Positions 1 through 9,189 of a stretch of 59,070 nt of DNA are shown piece by piece (position 1 is the stretch's first letter; every line of letters begins with the position of its first letter). The stretch spans positions 1-59,070 of the IMG/VR virus record IMGVR_UViG_3300048086_000027, one strand, 5' to 3'. The stretch is from a virus (lineage: Duplodnaviria; Caudoviricetes). The position numbers and the translations under genes were made by a program. The notes under the pieces are model-generated. The model made no database searches. It was not told where the DNA came from and was given only the letters and a program-made list of their open reading frames with translations.

Positions 1-127
1 AAAAAATAGCGACGGTGAAACAGACTTCAATCAGCAGGACCTGGCCCACGCCGTTGATACCGACGCCCGTAATAAGCGGTTAGTCGAAGCCTATCAAGAG
101 CATGCCGACGGGCGACGGGCTATCTGC
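1..127 (+). repeat. Terminal overlap, identical to 58944-59070 (circular assembly)
   Basis: Exact match AAAAAATAGCGACGG...GGCTATCTGC at both ends; lies inside the helicase ORF. Confidence 0.97.
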
Positions 128-1141
128 TTTGGGGTATCAGTCAAGCATGCTGAGCATATTGCAGCAGCATTCAACACCGCCGGTATTCCTGCCGCTTGTA
201 TCTCTGGTGAAACCACTTCACCAGAACGCGCGAAGCTCTATGCTGCTTTGCATACGGGCACTATCAAGGTCCTGGCATCGGTCCAGGTGCTTACGGAAGG
301 GTTTGACCTTCCATCCATCTCTTGCGTCATCATGGCCCGCCCTACACAAAGCCGGGCACTCTACACGCAGTCTGTCGGACGTGGCCTGCGCCTCGCCCCT
401 GCAAAAAAGGATTGCCTGATCCTTGACCTGACCGACAATAGCACCCGCTTGCGCTTGACGCCTCAGACTTTGCGCAGCGTCATCGGCAAACAGATCAAAG
501 AAGATGAAACACTCCTTGCCACCCTTGCACGGGAAGAATCCGAAAAGGAAGAGCGCGAGGCCAGCGAGAAACGCGCGCTCATCAGGAAACTCAACGAAAA
601 GCGCGACAAAGATCAGATCGTCAATCTCTTTGCCCTTCCTGAGTGGCAAGAAAAAGAGAACGGCATGTTTGTGCTGGAAGTGGGTCTGGAACGCCACAGG
701 ATTGCCCTGGTGCCCTGTCAGTCGTCGGGGTGGGCACAATTGTATGATGTCTGGGCAAAATTGGCTCCTGAATTCACTGGCCAGCGATGGATGCAAGCGC
801 AACCTTTAGATTGGGCCATGCAGTTGGCGGAGAAGCGCGCCAGAGCATTGCTAGAAGACCCAAAGAGCAAAGTATTGATTGATAAACATGCCCCGTGGCG
901 GAGCAAACCTATTGATCCTGACAGTAAACAAGTGAGCATGCTCAACTGGTATCGTATCCCCTGGACTGCTGCTATGACCAAAGGCGAGGCCAGCGACTTG
1001 ATAGACCAGCATATGCAGAAGATTGACGCGCGTAAAGCCGCGAAGGCAGCGCGGGATGCTGAGCGAGCGGAACAACAACAAAAAGAGGATGAGGTGTCTG
1101 GAAATCTCTATAGCAACCAGGGCTTTAGCCTGATGAGATAA
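2..1141 (+). CDS. SF2 (DEAD/DEAH-like) helicase, C-terminal part (gene starts at 58342, about 580 aa in total)
   Basis: Motifs VLTEGFDLP, ARPTQS, QSVGRGLR; in frame across the junction with the N-terminal part. Confidence 0.92.
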   Translation, partial: KNSDGETDFNQQDLAHAVDTDARNKRLVEAYQEHADGRRAICFGVSVKHAEHIAAAFNTAGIPAACISGETTSPERAKLYAALHTGTIKVLASVQVLTEGFDLPSISCVIMARPTQSRALYTQSVGRGLRLAPAKKDCLILDLTDNSTRLRLTPQTLRSVIGKQIKEDETLLATLAREESEKEEREASEKRALIRKLNEKRDKDQIVNLFALPEWQEKENGMFVLEVGLERHRIALVPCQSSGWAQLYDVWAKLAPEFTGQRWMQAQPLDWAMQLAEKRARALLEDPKSKVLIDKHAPWRSKPIDPDSKQVSMLNWYRIPWTAAMTKGEASDLIDQHMQKIDARKAAKAARDAERAEQQQKEDEVSGNLYSNQGFSLMR

Positions 1142-1146
1142 GGAGC

Positions 1147-1770
1147 ATGCACATGGTTCAACCCCTCATGACACTTGAAGAGATAGGCGCGCAGCGCGAA
1201 GGCGAGCACCGGGGCGGCATACGACAAAAATATGTGCTCAGTGAGCAGGGCAGGTTGTTGTTGCTGCGCCACTACGACGGCACAACAGAGAAAATAGACT
1301 GGCTCGCGAAACAGCTCGGTATGCCACGCCAGATTATCAGGAGATGGGGCAGCCAGCTCGGCCTGGCCAGGCAGAAGGAACCACGTTGGACACCAGAGGA
1401 GATAGCCTATCTTGAGAACAATTTGTCCAGAGTGAGCACAAAAGCCATGGCAGAACGACTGGGGCGCACGCAGACCGCTGTGAAGCTCAAGGCGAAGCGC
1501 TTGCATCTAAACAAGACCCAGGAAGGCTATACCATGCGTGGGCTGTGCTTGGGGCTGGGCTGCGACCATCACAAAGTGCAGCGCTGGATGGAGAGAGGGT
1601 GGCTCAAAGGGAAACGGAGACAGACGGAACGTGACCGGGATATCTGGTATTTCAGCGATAAGGCGATTCGCGAGTTCGTCAAAAATCATCCTCAAGAGGT
1701 GGACCCACGCAGATGCGACTGGTTATGGCTGGTGGATCTGCTGGTTGGCGGTTTAGGCGCGCTGGAATAG
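1147..1770 (+). CDS. Putative HTH/Myb-like DNA-binding protein
   Basis: RWTPEEIAYL...AMAERLGRTQTAVKLKA motif; RBS AGGAG upstream. Confidence 0.6.
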   Translation: MHMVQPLMTLEEIGAQREGEHRGGIRQKYVLSEQGRLLLLRHYDGTTEKIDWLAKQLGMPRQIIRRWGSQLGLARQKEPRWTPEEIAYLENNLSRVSTKAMAERLGRTQTAVKLKAKRLHLNKTQEGYTMRGLCLGLGCDHHKVQRWMERGWLKGKRRQTERDRDIWYFSDKAIREFVKNHPQEVDPRRCDWLWLVDLLVGGLGALE

Positions 1771-1781
1771 GAGAGGAATGT

Positions 1782-2936
1782 ATGAGCTTTACCTTTGGCT
1801 CCCTCTTCTCTGGTATCGGCGGTATTGATGTAGGGTTATGCCGTGCTGGAATGCAATGCCTCTGGCAAGTGGAGATAGACGACTATGCGACGAAAGTTCT
1901 TGCAAAACACTGGCCCAACGTTGCCCGGTTTCGAGATATCCGAGACGTCAGCCCCCTTGCAAGGGTCGACCTCATGGCTGGAGGATTCCCTTGCCAGGAC
2001 ATCAGCAGCGCCGGGAGACGAGCAGGAATTACTGGAGAGCGTAGCGGGCTCTGGTCAGAATTCCACCGTCTCATTTGCGAGCTACGACCCAGATACGTGC
2101 TTGTGGAGAACGTCGCAGCTCTGCTTCACCGGGGAGTCGAAAGAGTTCTTGGGGACCTTTCCGCCAGCGGGTATGATGCGGAATGGCAGATGCTACCAGC
2201 GGCAGCGTTTGGCGCGCCGCACCTCCGCGAAAGGATCTTCATTGTGGCGTACACCACAAGTAGCAGACATCAAGAGTTCCAAGCAACAAGCAGGCTACAC
2301 GACCAATCTGACGCACCAGGTGCTAATGTTTCCAACGCCACTCTTCACGGATGCATACGGAGGCAGCACCAACCGCAGCCCGGGCAGCACGAATGTGCGT
2401 CCATCATTAGCCAGAATGGCGACAGGGAACAAATGGCCGACGCCGCGGGCAACAGATGGCAGTCATGGCGGGCCGAATGCCAGGGACAGCAAAGGGAGTT
2501 ACAGCCTCAGTGGAGCAGTCCATCACTGGCCAACCCCGACCGCCAGTCCCTGGCGGTCGGGCAAATCTTCGGAAGCCACGCACGAAAAGAACTCGCGACC
2601 TTTAAGCGAAGTTGCAGCACAGGGTCAGGTATCTGGGCAACTGAATCCAACGTGGGTCGAGTGGCTGATGGGATTCCCAGCAGGGTGGAGCGACTTAGAG
2701 GACTCGGAAACGCTGTAGTACCTCAGATTGCTGAATATATCGGACGGCTTATTCTGGAAAGAGAGGCACAACTATGCCGAGATTCACCCGCCCGCTCCAT
2801 TCGCTGCGCCTGGTGCGATGGGTTGGTTGATCCTGAAACCGTTCAGCAGGTGCCTATTTCTGAAGAAAAAGACAGCGAACTGGTGACAGGCGCTGAACCT
2901 GTCTGCACAGGATGCCTGGAGTATTGGCAAGTATGA
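1782..2936 (+). CDS. DNA cytosine-C5 methyltransferase, alpha chain
   Basis: Motifs I (LFSGIGG), IV (GFPCQ), VI (ENV), VIII (RERIF) and X (LGNAV); motif IX not found in this frame. Confidence 0.92.
   Translation: MSFTFGSLFSGIGGIDVGLCRAGMQCLWQVEIDDYATKVLAKHWPNVARFRDIRDVSPLARVDLMAGGFPCQDISSAGRRAGITGERSGLWSEFHRLICELRPRYVLVENVAALLHRGVERVLGDLSASGYDAEWQMLPAAAFGAPHLRERIFIVAYTTSSRHQEFQATSRLHDQSDAPGANVSNATLHGCIRRQHQPQPGQHECASIISQNGDREQMADAAGNRWQSWRAECQGQQRELQPQWSSPSLANPDRQSLAVGQIFGSHARKELATFKRSCSTGSGIWATESNVGRVADGIPSRVERLRGLGNAVVPQIAEYIGRLILEREAQLCRDSPARSIRCAWCDGLVDPETVQQVPISEEKDSELVTGAEPVCTGCLEYWQV
1885..2718 (+). CDS. Nested alternative-frame beta chain of the C5 methyltransferase (TRD-like repeats and motif IX)
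   Basis: 277-aa ORF in the +1 frame ending LNPTWVEWLMGFPAGWSD (motif IX-like); four (W/F)xTP repeats; M.EcoHK31I-type arrangement; exact start uncertain. Confidence 0.8.
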   Translation: MRRKFLQNTGPTLPGFEISETSAPLQGSTSWLEDSLARTSAAPGDEQELLESVAGSGQNSTVSFASYDPDTCLWRTSQLCFTGESKEFLGTFPPAGMMRNGRCYQRQRLARRTSAKGSSLWRTPQVADIKSSKQQAGYTTNLTHQVLMFPTPLFTDAYGGSTNRSPGSTNVRPSLARMATGNKWPTPRATDGSHGGPNARDSKGSYSLSGAVHHWPTPTASPWRSGKSSEATHEKNSRPLSEVAAQGQVSGQLNPTWVEWLMGFPAGWSDLEDSETL

Positions 2937-2965
2937 AAAAGACCCCCAAACAACGGGGGTCTTTT
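2936..2965. terminator. Bidirectional rho-independent terminator
   Basis: AAAAGACCCCC-loop-GGGGGTCTTTT between convergent genes. Confidence 0.8.
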
Positions 2966-3025
2966 GTACATTGATACGGTGACATGGGCTTCCGTAGAAA
3001 CGTATCAATGAAGCGCCTAAAAAAT

Positions 3026-3352
3026 TTACTCCTCGTCCTCTTTGCCTTTCCCACCGGCGTTTCGATCAACGGGGTACGCTGTCATCAACTCGTCCAGATC
3101 ACTTTTCAAAAGATAGGCATCTGGACGAATTTCCGTCTTATATTGTGTTAATGAACCTTTGTCCAACAATCGCTGTAACACGTTCTGAGTGACCCCGACA
3201 TAGAGCGCCGAGTCTTTCATATTGAACACCTCAACCTTTGTACCATCACTGAGTCTGAGCAGTATTGGTTCAGGAGCCTCATCTGTTTTCTTTGCATAAG
3301 CCCTCGCTTTGCTCTTTTTGATATTCTCTGTGGTCATTTCGTCTCCTTGCAT
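3026..3352 (-). CDS. Putative HTH DNA-binding protein
   Basis: FNMKDSALYVGVTQNVLQRLLDKGSL resembles an excisionase/MerR-type HTH. Confidence 0.55.
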   Translation of the reverse strand: MQGDEMTTENIKKSKARAYAKKTDEAPEPILLRLSDGTKVEVFNMKDSALYVGVTQNVLQRLLDKGSLTQYKTEIRPDAYLLKSDLDELMTAYPVDRNAGGKGKEDEE

Positions 3353-3465
3353 CTCTTTTTCCCTACCTTATCCACACTCTCTACTATTCTCACTGTTTCA
3401 CACTATGTCATAAGCAGTATACAGTATATTAACGAGATTTCGCAAGAAATTGACGATTTTCCCAA

Positions 3466-4875
3466 TTAGAACACAAGATGTAGTGTCTGCAACACAGGCT
3501 TTATCTCTTTCGCTGGAAACACACGGGTCGCCCCATCAGGTGATTTCGTCCCTTTGAGTTTGTCGAGCGTCACCCGAACAGCATCACGCTCAATGTGCGC
3601 TCTGAGCTGGCCCATATCCCAGAGACGTCCTGCACCATCGGGTGTCTCTACCCGCTCTGAGACACACAGCCGTTCAAACTGCTCTTGTGTGTCCATGGTG
3701 TGCTGAAAGTTTGGTGGCAGTTCTGGCTCATCTCCCCCTTGCAAGGGGGTTGGTTCAGCAGGTGGTTCGAGCTGCGCAGCCCACAATCCTGCTTCTACCC
3801 AGCCTCGCAGCGTTGTACCAGTGAAGACCTCAAATTCAGGTCCTAGCATGTCATTTGGATCTTTGAAGCGCAGCTCACCACTCCATTCATCAGCCCAGGG
3901 CCGCCAGCGTTTGGCATGTGATAGTAGATGCAGCCACTCCTGGGCGCCTGCATCACCAGCAGGGTCTGCATCAAAGCTTTGCAGCACAATTGGGCGTATA
4001 GAGAGCTTCGACGGCCAACGACTATGTGCCCACTGTCCACCCTTACCATGATCTTTCCCACCAGTCGCCACGCAAGAAATGAGATCTCCAGCTTCCTGAG
4101 TCACTGAGAGGGCACATAGTTCACTTTCTACTATCATGGCAGGCTTGCCAGATTGTAGCGTGTCTACGCCATACAGCCCCTTCGCGCTGCCCTTAATTTG
4201 GCCGTAGGGCATGATATCCTCTCCTGGCCGCTTCATGGCCAATTTCCAGACAATGTCCCCTTCAAACCATGGGATCAGGATACCGTTTGGAATACGAACG
4301 CCGCCCTTTTCCTTGTCAACATCCGTCAACTGCTCTGGATCAAAACCCCACCAACTAAAAGGCTCTTTGTACCAGCGTCCATCCTGGGCCAGCGGCACAT
4401 AGCCTATTCTGGCTTGTTTAATGATCTCATCACCCAGACCGCGTTCCCAGAGGTAGATCAATGCCCTGCGTCCTTCTGGGCTCTTAGGATGCCAGAGGTA
4501 CTTTTCAGCGCGTTCAATCAGGAGTAACGCTGACTCCTGCCATGCCTTGCAAGGGGGCTGGTGCGCGGAAGATGCATGTACAGGAGAAGGCACATAGCCA
4601 TCTCGCTCAATGCCCAGCTCCTGGTAGGCATCGCTGTAGGAGAGGCCAGCGAAATCGACCAGGAACTGCACAGGACTGCCCTCGCGCCCACATTGACGGC
4701 ACCACCAATGATCTCGCTCACCGCCTATCCAGACATGAAACCGATTCCCATCATTGCTTGTACCACACCAGGGACATACCCCCCAATATTCTGCCCCAAA
4801 CTTGAAGTGGTTAGAGCGCTTTGTCATGCTGATCCCAGCCTTCTGCTCAATCAGTGAGACAAGATCAATGTTCAT
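3466..4875 (-). CDS. DNA primase (zinc-binding domain and TOPRIM)
   Basis: CPWC...CRQC zinc ribbon; IVESELCA and FDADPAGD TOPRIM motifs; KDPND. Confidence 0.85.
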   Translation of the reverse strand: MNIDLVSLIEQKAGISMTKRSNHFKFGAEYWGVCPWCGTSNDGNRFHVWIGGERDHWWCRQCGREGSPVQFLVDFAGLSYSDAYQELGIERDGYVPSPVHASSAHQPPCKAWQESALLLIERAEKYLWHPKSPEGRRALIYLWERGLGDEIIKQARIGYVPLAQDGRWYKEPFSWWGFDPEQLTDVDKEKGGVRIPNGILIPWFEGDIVWKLAMKRPGEDIMPYGQIKGSAKGLYGVDTLQSGKPAMIVESELCALSVTQEAGDLISCVATGGKDHGKGGQWAHSRWPSKLSIRPIVLQSFDADPAGDAGAQEWLHLLSHAKRWRPWADEWSGELRFKDPNDMLGPEFEVFTGTTLRGWVEAGLWAAQLEPPAEPTPLQGGDEPELPPNFQHTMDTQEQFERLCVSERVETPDGAGRLWDMGQLRAHIERDAVRVTLDKLKGTKSPDGATRVFPAKEIKPVLQTLHLVF

Positions 4876-4877
4876 GG

Positions 4878-5837
4878 CTACCTCCCTTGCTCAAAGCGGG
4901 CTTGTCGAGCGGCTGTGTAAGCTTTCATGAGTCGTTCTGTCCTGTCCATCTCAGGAAGAGGCCAATAATCACCCTTCTTTTTCTTCTTGTGTTCTCGATG
5001 GCAAGGTAAATATTGTTCCTCGCCATTTGGAGTGATCCCTCCTTTGAAGCAAAATGAACACTGACACCACCTGTTGACTGTAAGAGGATAGAGGATATCC
5101 CCTACTCCACCAATTCTCCATTCCCAATCAGAAGAAAATCTCCGAAAAAATGCAACATATTCATCATCGTATGCCTGGATACAAGCTGGAATAGGTAACT
5201 CTTCTTCCTTTTCTCCATCTCTAGAAAATTCAGGTCTTACAAACTGAAGCTTCCCATCGGGAGTGAGCCGAAGCCTGCAACTATCACCATGTGAATAGTT
5301 AATTCCTGCGATATACAGCATACGAGCTAATACACCCTCTATCCCTCTGTTACTTAGAATGTGGCAGTAGGGGCACCCATCAACGTATCCATCTGGAGAA
5401 GTATGCACACACCCTTCTTTGTAACATGGCGATGTCGTATCGCGCCCAACCATAGTTGCCTCTTTGGGAGAATAGCATGTTGCTCCTTTCTGCTCAGTTT
5501 CAATAAGTGCACCATCATATTTTTCAACTTCTTCAGTATCATCAACTCCTGGCACCCAGATTGACCCATGAAAGATATAGACAGGATGATTGGTTGACAT
5601 TGCCAACAATGCTGCTTTTTGGCCTTCTTCTTTCGTTGGAATCTGTCCTTTAATTTCTATCCAGCACTCTTGTTCAGGGAGCCAAAAATCGGGCAGATAC
5701 CATGTTCCATCTAGATCATAGCCTTCTTTTTCATATTCGTACTTGACGCCAAGCGTCTTGAAAAATGTGGCCCAGCGCGCCTCTAAGCGGCTCCTGAACC
5801 AATACCCATCAAAGGGTGTCTCAATTGCTTTCAGCAT
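4878..5837 (-). CDS. PD-(D/E)XK family nuclease
   Basis: FRSRLEARWA...YLPDFWL...IEIKG. Confidence 0.75.
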   Translation of the reverse strand: MLKAIETPFDGYWFRSRLEARWATFFKTLGVKYEYEKEGYDLDGTWYLPDFWLPEQECWIEIKGQIPTKEEGQKAALLAMSTNHPVYIFHGSIWVPGVDDTEEVEKYDGALIETEQKGATCYSPKEATMVGRDTTSPCYKEGCVHTSPDGYVDGCPYCHILSNRGIEGVLARMLYIAGINYSHGDSCRLRLTPDGKLQFVRPEFSRDGEKEEELPIPACIQAYDDEYVAFFRRFSSDWEWRIGGVGDILYPLTVNRWCQCSFCFKGGITPNGEEQYLPCHREHKKKKKGDYWPLPEMDRTERLMKAYTAARQARFEQGR

Positions 5838-6036
5838 GGTCCTCTGTTCCTTTCATGGCTTTCGCCTGCTCAAGTAGTGCCTGCACGTCCTCTCTATAAA
5901 AGCGCCAATCCCGGCCAGCCTTCTGGCCACGTAGATACCCACGGAGTATCCATCGGTAGATCGTCGAACGACTGACCCGTAAAAATTCCATCGCCTCGCT
6001 CATGGTGAAAAGCCTCTGTCCAGGTGGGATCTCCAT
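5821..6036 (-). CDS. Excisionase-like HTH_17 protein
   Basis: LFTMSEAMEFLRVSRSTIYRWI...GRDWRF; RBS GAAGGA. Confidence 0.8.
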   Translation of the reverse strand: MEIPPGQRLFTMSEAMEFLRVSRSTIYRWILRGYLRGQKAGRDWRFYREDVQALLEQAKAMKGTEDHAESN

Positions 6037-6086
6037 ACGTATTTTTTCCTTCAATAGCCCCGGCATCGGGGTAAACGTTCGTTTTT

Positions 6087-7769
6087 TTAGTCTTCCTCAT
6101 CCCGCCGTTCCCTCAATTGATATTTCAGCGTGCCATACGCTGTCGGAAAATCATCAATCATCTTCGCCCGTTTCATCCCGGCTAACGCATCTTCCAGCTC
6201 CTTCACACTTCGTTTTTTCATATATGATGTTCTAATGGCGTTGAGCGTCAGCGCTCCATGCTTGTGCAAATGACGTTTGATCTCGTCTTCAATGGTGGCT
6301 TTCTCTGAGAATTGCGAGATTGGCGCATTCACCTGGGCATACAACTCGTGCAAATTCCTTCGCAACACTTCCGCCAGCTCCTGGGCTCTGGCCCAGTGCC
6401 GCATCTGAATATGGTTATTATTGGAGAGACTTGCCATAACCACCGCCATCCTCATCGCCACCTCTGGGAGCCGTGTATAGCTACCGTTAAAGTCACGATG
6501 AGGGAATGAGAGGCACATCTGCTTGAGCGCCACGTAGTACCGCTGGTAGGCTTCGTGGGCGTCATCATCGATGCGGCAGGCAGTTTGTGGTAAGGGCGCT
6601 CGTTCAATCCTGTACTTACCCGTCGGTTCGTCATTCTTGAGCACAGGGATTAACTGACACTCAGGGATACCTAGACGATGATGCCAGTTGATGAGGGCCT
6701 CAATAAGCGATTGAGGCGGGAGCAATTCACCAGACTCGAAGGGATGAAATTTGACGGTCTCAGGACTCGGCGGGGGCGCTGCGATAAAGCTAAAGCGCGC
6801 CCAGGTGCCATCTGTCCAGAAATCTGCGCCTGATCTTGCATTCTCTTTGAGGTTAGGAGGCGTCATCGAGCCGAGGAGCGCGATATACGGGCTCTCAATT
6901 GGTTCACCGCCACGGGCAATGGTATCGGTTTCATAGAGGGGTGGGCAGTCATTAAACTTCAAAAAGATGTCCGCAAAATCAGCCATCACGCTACTCTTGC
7001 GCAGCATCGACTGTACAAACTTGCCGAATTCATCGAAGTAGAGGCCACGCTGGCCAGGCATCGCGAGTTTTCTCCTGACATGTTCTTGCTTCTCTGGAGA
7101 AAGCTCGTCATAGCTTGCTGGCACATGCACGCCTGCCATATTGCTGAGCAGCTTCTGCGGCGTGATGTAGTCAGGGCCAATCAAGTAGCTGAGTCCAGCC
7201 CTGGTGAGGATGTTTTTCATGACCCGCGCGGTAACAGACTTCGCGAACATGGAAGAGTCAGCACAGAGGGCAATCATGAGATTGGAATAGACCGGCCCCC
7301 CTTGCAAGGAAAGATGCACCCGGCGGGCGGCCACCGTTGAAAAGCCCCAGAGGCCACAGAAGAGGTGAAAATCATCATACCCCTCTGGGCTGGCCTGCCT
7401 GCTAAAGCGTTCATAGATGTCCAGTTCCGGGCAGGCGCCGCGACTGAGACCTGAAGGCAGGTGAGCCTCTACTGGCAATGGTGACAGCAGCGCCTCTGGT
7501 GCAGACTCTACTTTTGCCGTCTGCTCTCCAAGGAGATCCCTGAGCGCGGGGTGCTGTCTGTACAGCGTTTCAAAGGCCCGTGCCAGAGCGTCTAGATCCC
7601 CGTCAGCATCCCTGACTGCCTCCTCTGCCGACGGTGCAATAGTGGCCCAGAACTCCCCCAAGTCTGGGTGTGGTTCGATGAGGTGACCGCTACGCGCCGC
7701 TGAGAAATAGACACGGGCGAGCTGGTCATAGATCGATTGTGGAATAGACGGTCTTACGACTGTTGCCAT
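6087..7769 (-). CDS. DUF3987/YfjI-like P-loop protein (probable replicative helicase partner of the primase)
   Basis: Degenerate Walker A (ADSSMFAKS), Walker B (YFDEFG), DGTWARF; located in the replication cluster. Confidence 0.65.
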   Translation of the reverse strand: MATVVRPSIPQSIYDQLARVYFSAARSGHLIEPHPDLGEFWATIAPSAEEAVRDADGDLDALARAFETLYRQHPALRDLLGEQTAKVESAPEALLSPLPVEAHLPSGLSRGACPELDIYERFSRQASPEGYDDFHLFCGLWGFSTVAARRVHLSLQGGPVYSNLMIALCADSSMFAKSVTARVMKNILTRAGLSYLIGPDYITPQKLLSNMAGVHVPASYDELSPEKQEHVRRKLAMPGQRGLYFDEFGKFVQSMLRKSSVMADFADIFLKFNDCPPLYETDTIARGGEPIESPYIALLGSMTPPNLKENARSGADFWTDGTWARFSFIAAPPPSPETVKFHPFESGELLPPQSLIEALINWHHRLGIPECQLIPVLKNDEPTGKYRIERAPLPQTACRIDDDAHEAYQRYYVALKQMCLSFPHRDFNGSYTRLPEVAMRMAVVMASLSNNNHIQMRHWARAQELAEVLRRNLHELYAQVNAPISQFSEKATIEDEIKRHLHKHGALTLNAIRTSYMKKRSVKELEDALAGMKRAKMIDDFPTAYGTLKYQLRERRDEED

Positions 7770-8197
7770 AGAGGTTCGTCCTTCAACAGACTGATTTCAA
7801 CGTCGGTATGAGGATCGTTCTTATCGACAAGCTTCCTCACATGCAGGTCAACAAGCAGATTGTCATTGAGGATAAGATGCGCAAAGACCGCATCTATCGT
7901 GTGTTTAATCCCTCCATCCACATCTCTGCGCCACATGGTTTCAAAAAAGAACGTGATTTCCCCTTGCAAGGGGGTTTTGCGAGGAAGTGCATGGCGGATC
8001 TGCTCCCAGAGCGTCACATCCACCTTTGTTTGGGACAGCTCGAGTGCTGCATCCTTCTTGAATTGCCGAAGCTCAGGCGTTTCGCCTAGCCGTTGATATT
8101 CCCTCCCACCTGCCCGCCGTATTCGCACGATTTTATATGAAGCGTTAATGCCAGGCGGCAATGGAAGCCGCCCTCGAAATAAGACTGTCATAGACAT
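7754..8197 (-). CDS. rusA: RusA-like Holliday junction resolvase
   Basis: PPGINASY, RRDVDGGIKHTIDA, NDNLLVD. Confidence 0.75.
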   Translation of the reverse strand: MSMTVLFRGRLPLPPGINASYKIVRIRRAGGREYQRLGETPELRQFKKDAALELSQTKVDVTLWEQIRHALPRKTPLQGEITFFFETMWRRDVDGGIKHTIDAVFAHLILNDNLLVDLHVRKLVDKNDPHTDVEISLLKDEPLWQQS

Positions 8198-8220
8198 TCC
8201 CCCAAATTTATGATGTGGGG

Positions 8221-8299
8221 ATAGTATATGTCAATGAAGATAGTATTGTCAAGAATAAGATAGAATATTGACAGAGTTGCTAGAATGATGTACTATGGT
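8221..8299. promoter_or_regulatory. Divergent sigma70-type promoters with operator-like repeats
   Basis: TTGACA-17bp-TACTAT rightward; TGTCAA copies leftward; AAGATAG(A/T)AT repeats shared with 58061-58081. Confidence 0.65.
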
Positions 8300-8345
8300 A
8301 AGAGTGAATACTGTTTTGAATAGACAAGGAAGGAACTGAACTGAG

Positions 8346-8555
8346 ATGCTCGTCATACGACGCAAGCCGGGCGAGGCGTTTGTGCTCGCTGACACTATCT
8401 ACGTGTACATTCTGGCGGTTGAGGGTGAGCGGGTGAAGGTTGGTATTGAGGCACCGCCCGACATCATCATTGCCAGAGAGGAGCTGCTAGACAGACCAAA
8501 AGAACGCACCGCAGCCATTGTTGAGATGTGGCTGAGAGAAGGAAAAAGCGCATGA
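8346..8555 (+). CDS. csrA: Carbon storage regulator CsrA/RsmA homolog
   Basis: MLVIRRKPGE...VKVGIEAP..I.I.REEL signature. Confidence 0.9.
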   Translation: MLVIRRKPGEAFVLADTIYVYILAVEGERVKVGIEAPPDIIIAREELLDRPKERTAAIVEMWLREGKSA

Positions 8556-8741
8556 GTGAGCTTTCATCCGAGCAAGCAAAACAGATTGTACGCTCGTATC
8601 CTGAACAGGGGGGGGGCAGAGGCGGAAGTAGTAGGAGCCATCTTTGACCAAGACGAAGCTAGAAAGTTTTTGGAGTGGCTGATGAGTGATGAAGCGCGGG
8701 AGATCGCTCGCACATTACAAGCACAAAAGGAGGTGCCATAG
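8556..8741 (+). CDS. Hypothetical protein
   Basis: Abuts csrA; followed by a hairpin at about 8786-8809. Confidence 0.5.
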   Translation: MSFHPSKQNRLYARILNRGGAEAEVVGAIFDQDEARKFLEWLMSDEAREIARTLQAQKEVP

Positions 8742-8947
8742 CCGTAGAGACAACTGAATAGCCGAAAAGGAAATCGAGATCAATCGCCCGGAGAACTGCT
8801 GCTCCGGGCACTGATTTTTATAGAACAGCCCTTCATCCGTCTGATCTACGAAGGGATACAGATAGATCGCTTCGTAGAGCAAAAACGCCCAGGCTTTTCA
8901 CATCCTCCCTGAAGGCCGCCGGGCGTTTTTGTGTGCCCGATTCTCCC

Positions 8948-8976
8948 TTGCAAGGGGGCTGAGGCTTTGCTATACT
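8948..8976 (+). promoter_or_regulatory. Promoter of the ncRNA cluster
   Basis: TTGCAA (core of the iterated palindrome), 17 bp, extended -10 TGcTATACT; predicted TSS at about 8983. Confidence 0.7.
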
Positions 8977-8981
8977 GATTG

Positions 8982-9114
8982 TGGTCGTACTCCAACAGCA
9001 AGGGCTTACACACTTTGGGAGTGAGAGGCCGCAGGTTCGAATCCTGCTCCCCGGATACATCCGGGGATAGCTCAACGGTAGAGCGCTAAAACAGCCCCTG
9101 CGACTTGTACGCCA
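8982..9114 (+). ncRNA. YrlA-like Y RNA / circularly permuted tRNA-Pro(UGG) mimic
   Basis: Terminal stem TGG(T)CGTAC/GTACGCCA; internal order is anticodon hairpin, T arm (GCAGGTTCGAATCCTGC), loop-closed acceptor stem, D arm (GCTCAACGGTAGAGC). Confidence 0.72.
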
Positions 9115-9116
9115 AA

Positions 9117-9188
9117 CCGGGAATAGCGTAAGGGTGAGCGTCCATGCCCTGGGAGCATGTGGAGATAGTTCGAGTCTATCTTCCCGGA
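9117..9188 (+). tRNA. Atypical tRNA-Pro(UGG)-like gene
   Basis: Acceptor CCGGGAA/TTCCCGG; anticodon arm CATGC-CCTGGGA-GCATG (C33); T arm GATAG-TTCGAGT-CTATC; weak D arm; no encoded CCA. Confidence 0.6.
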
Positions 9189-9189
9189 T

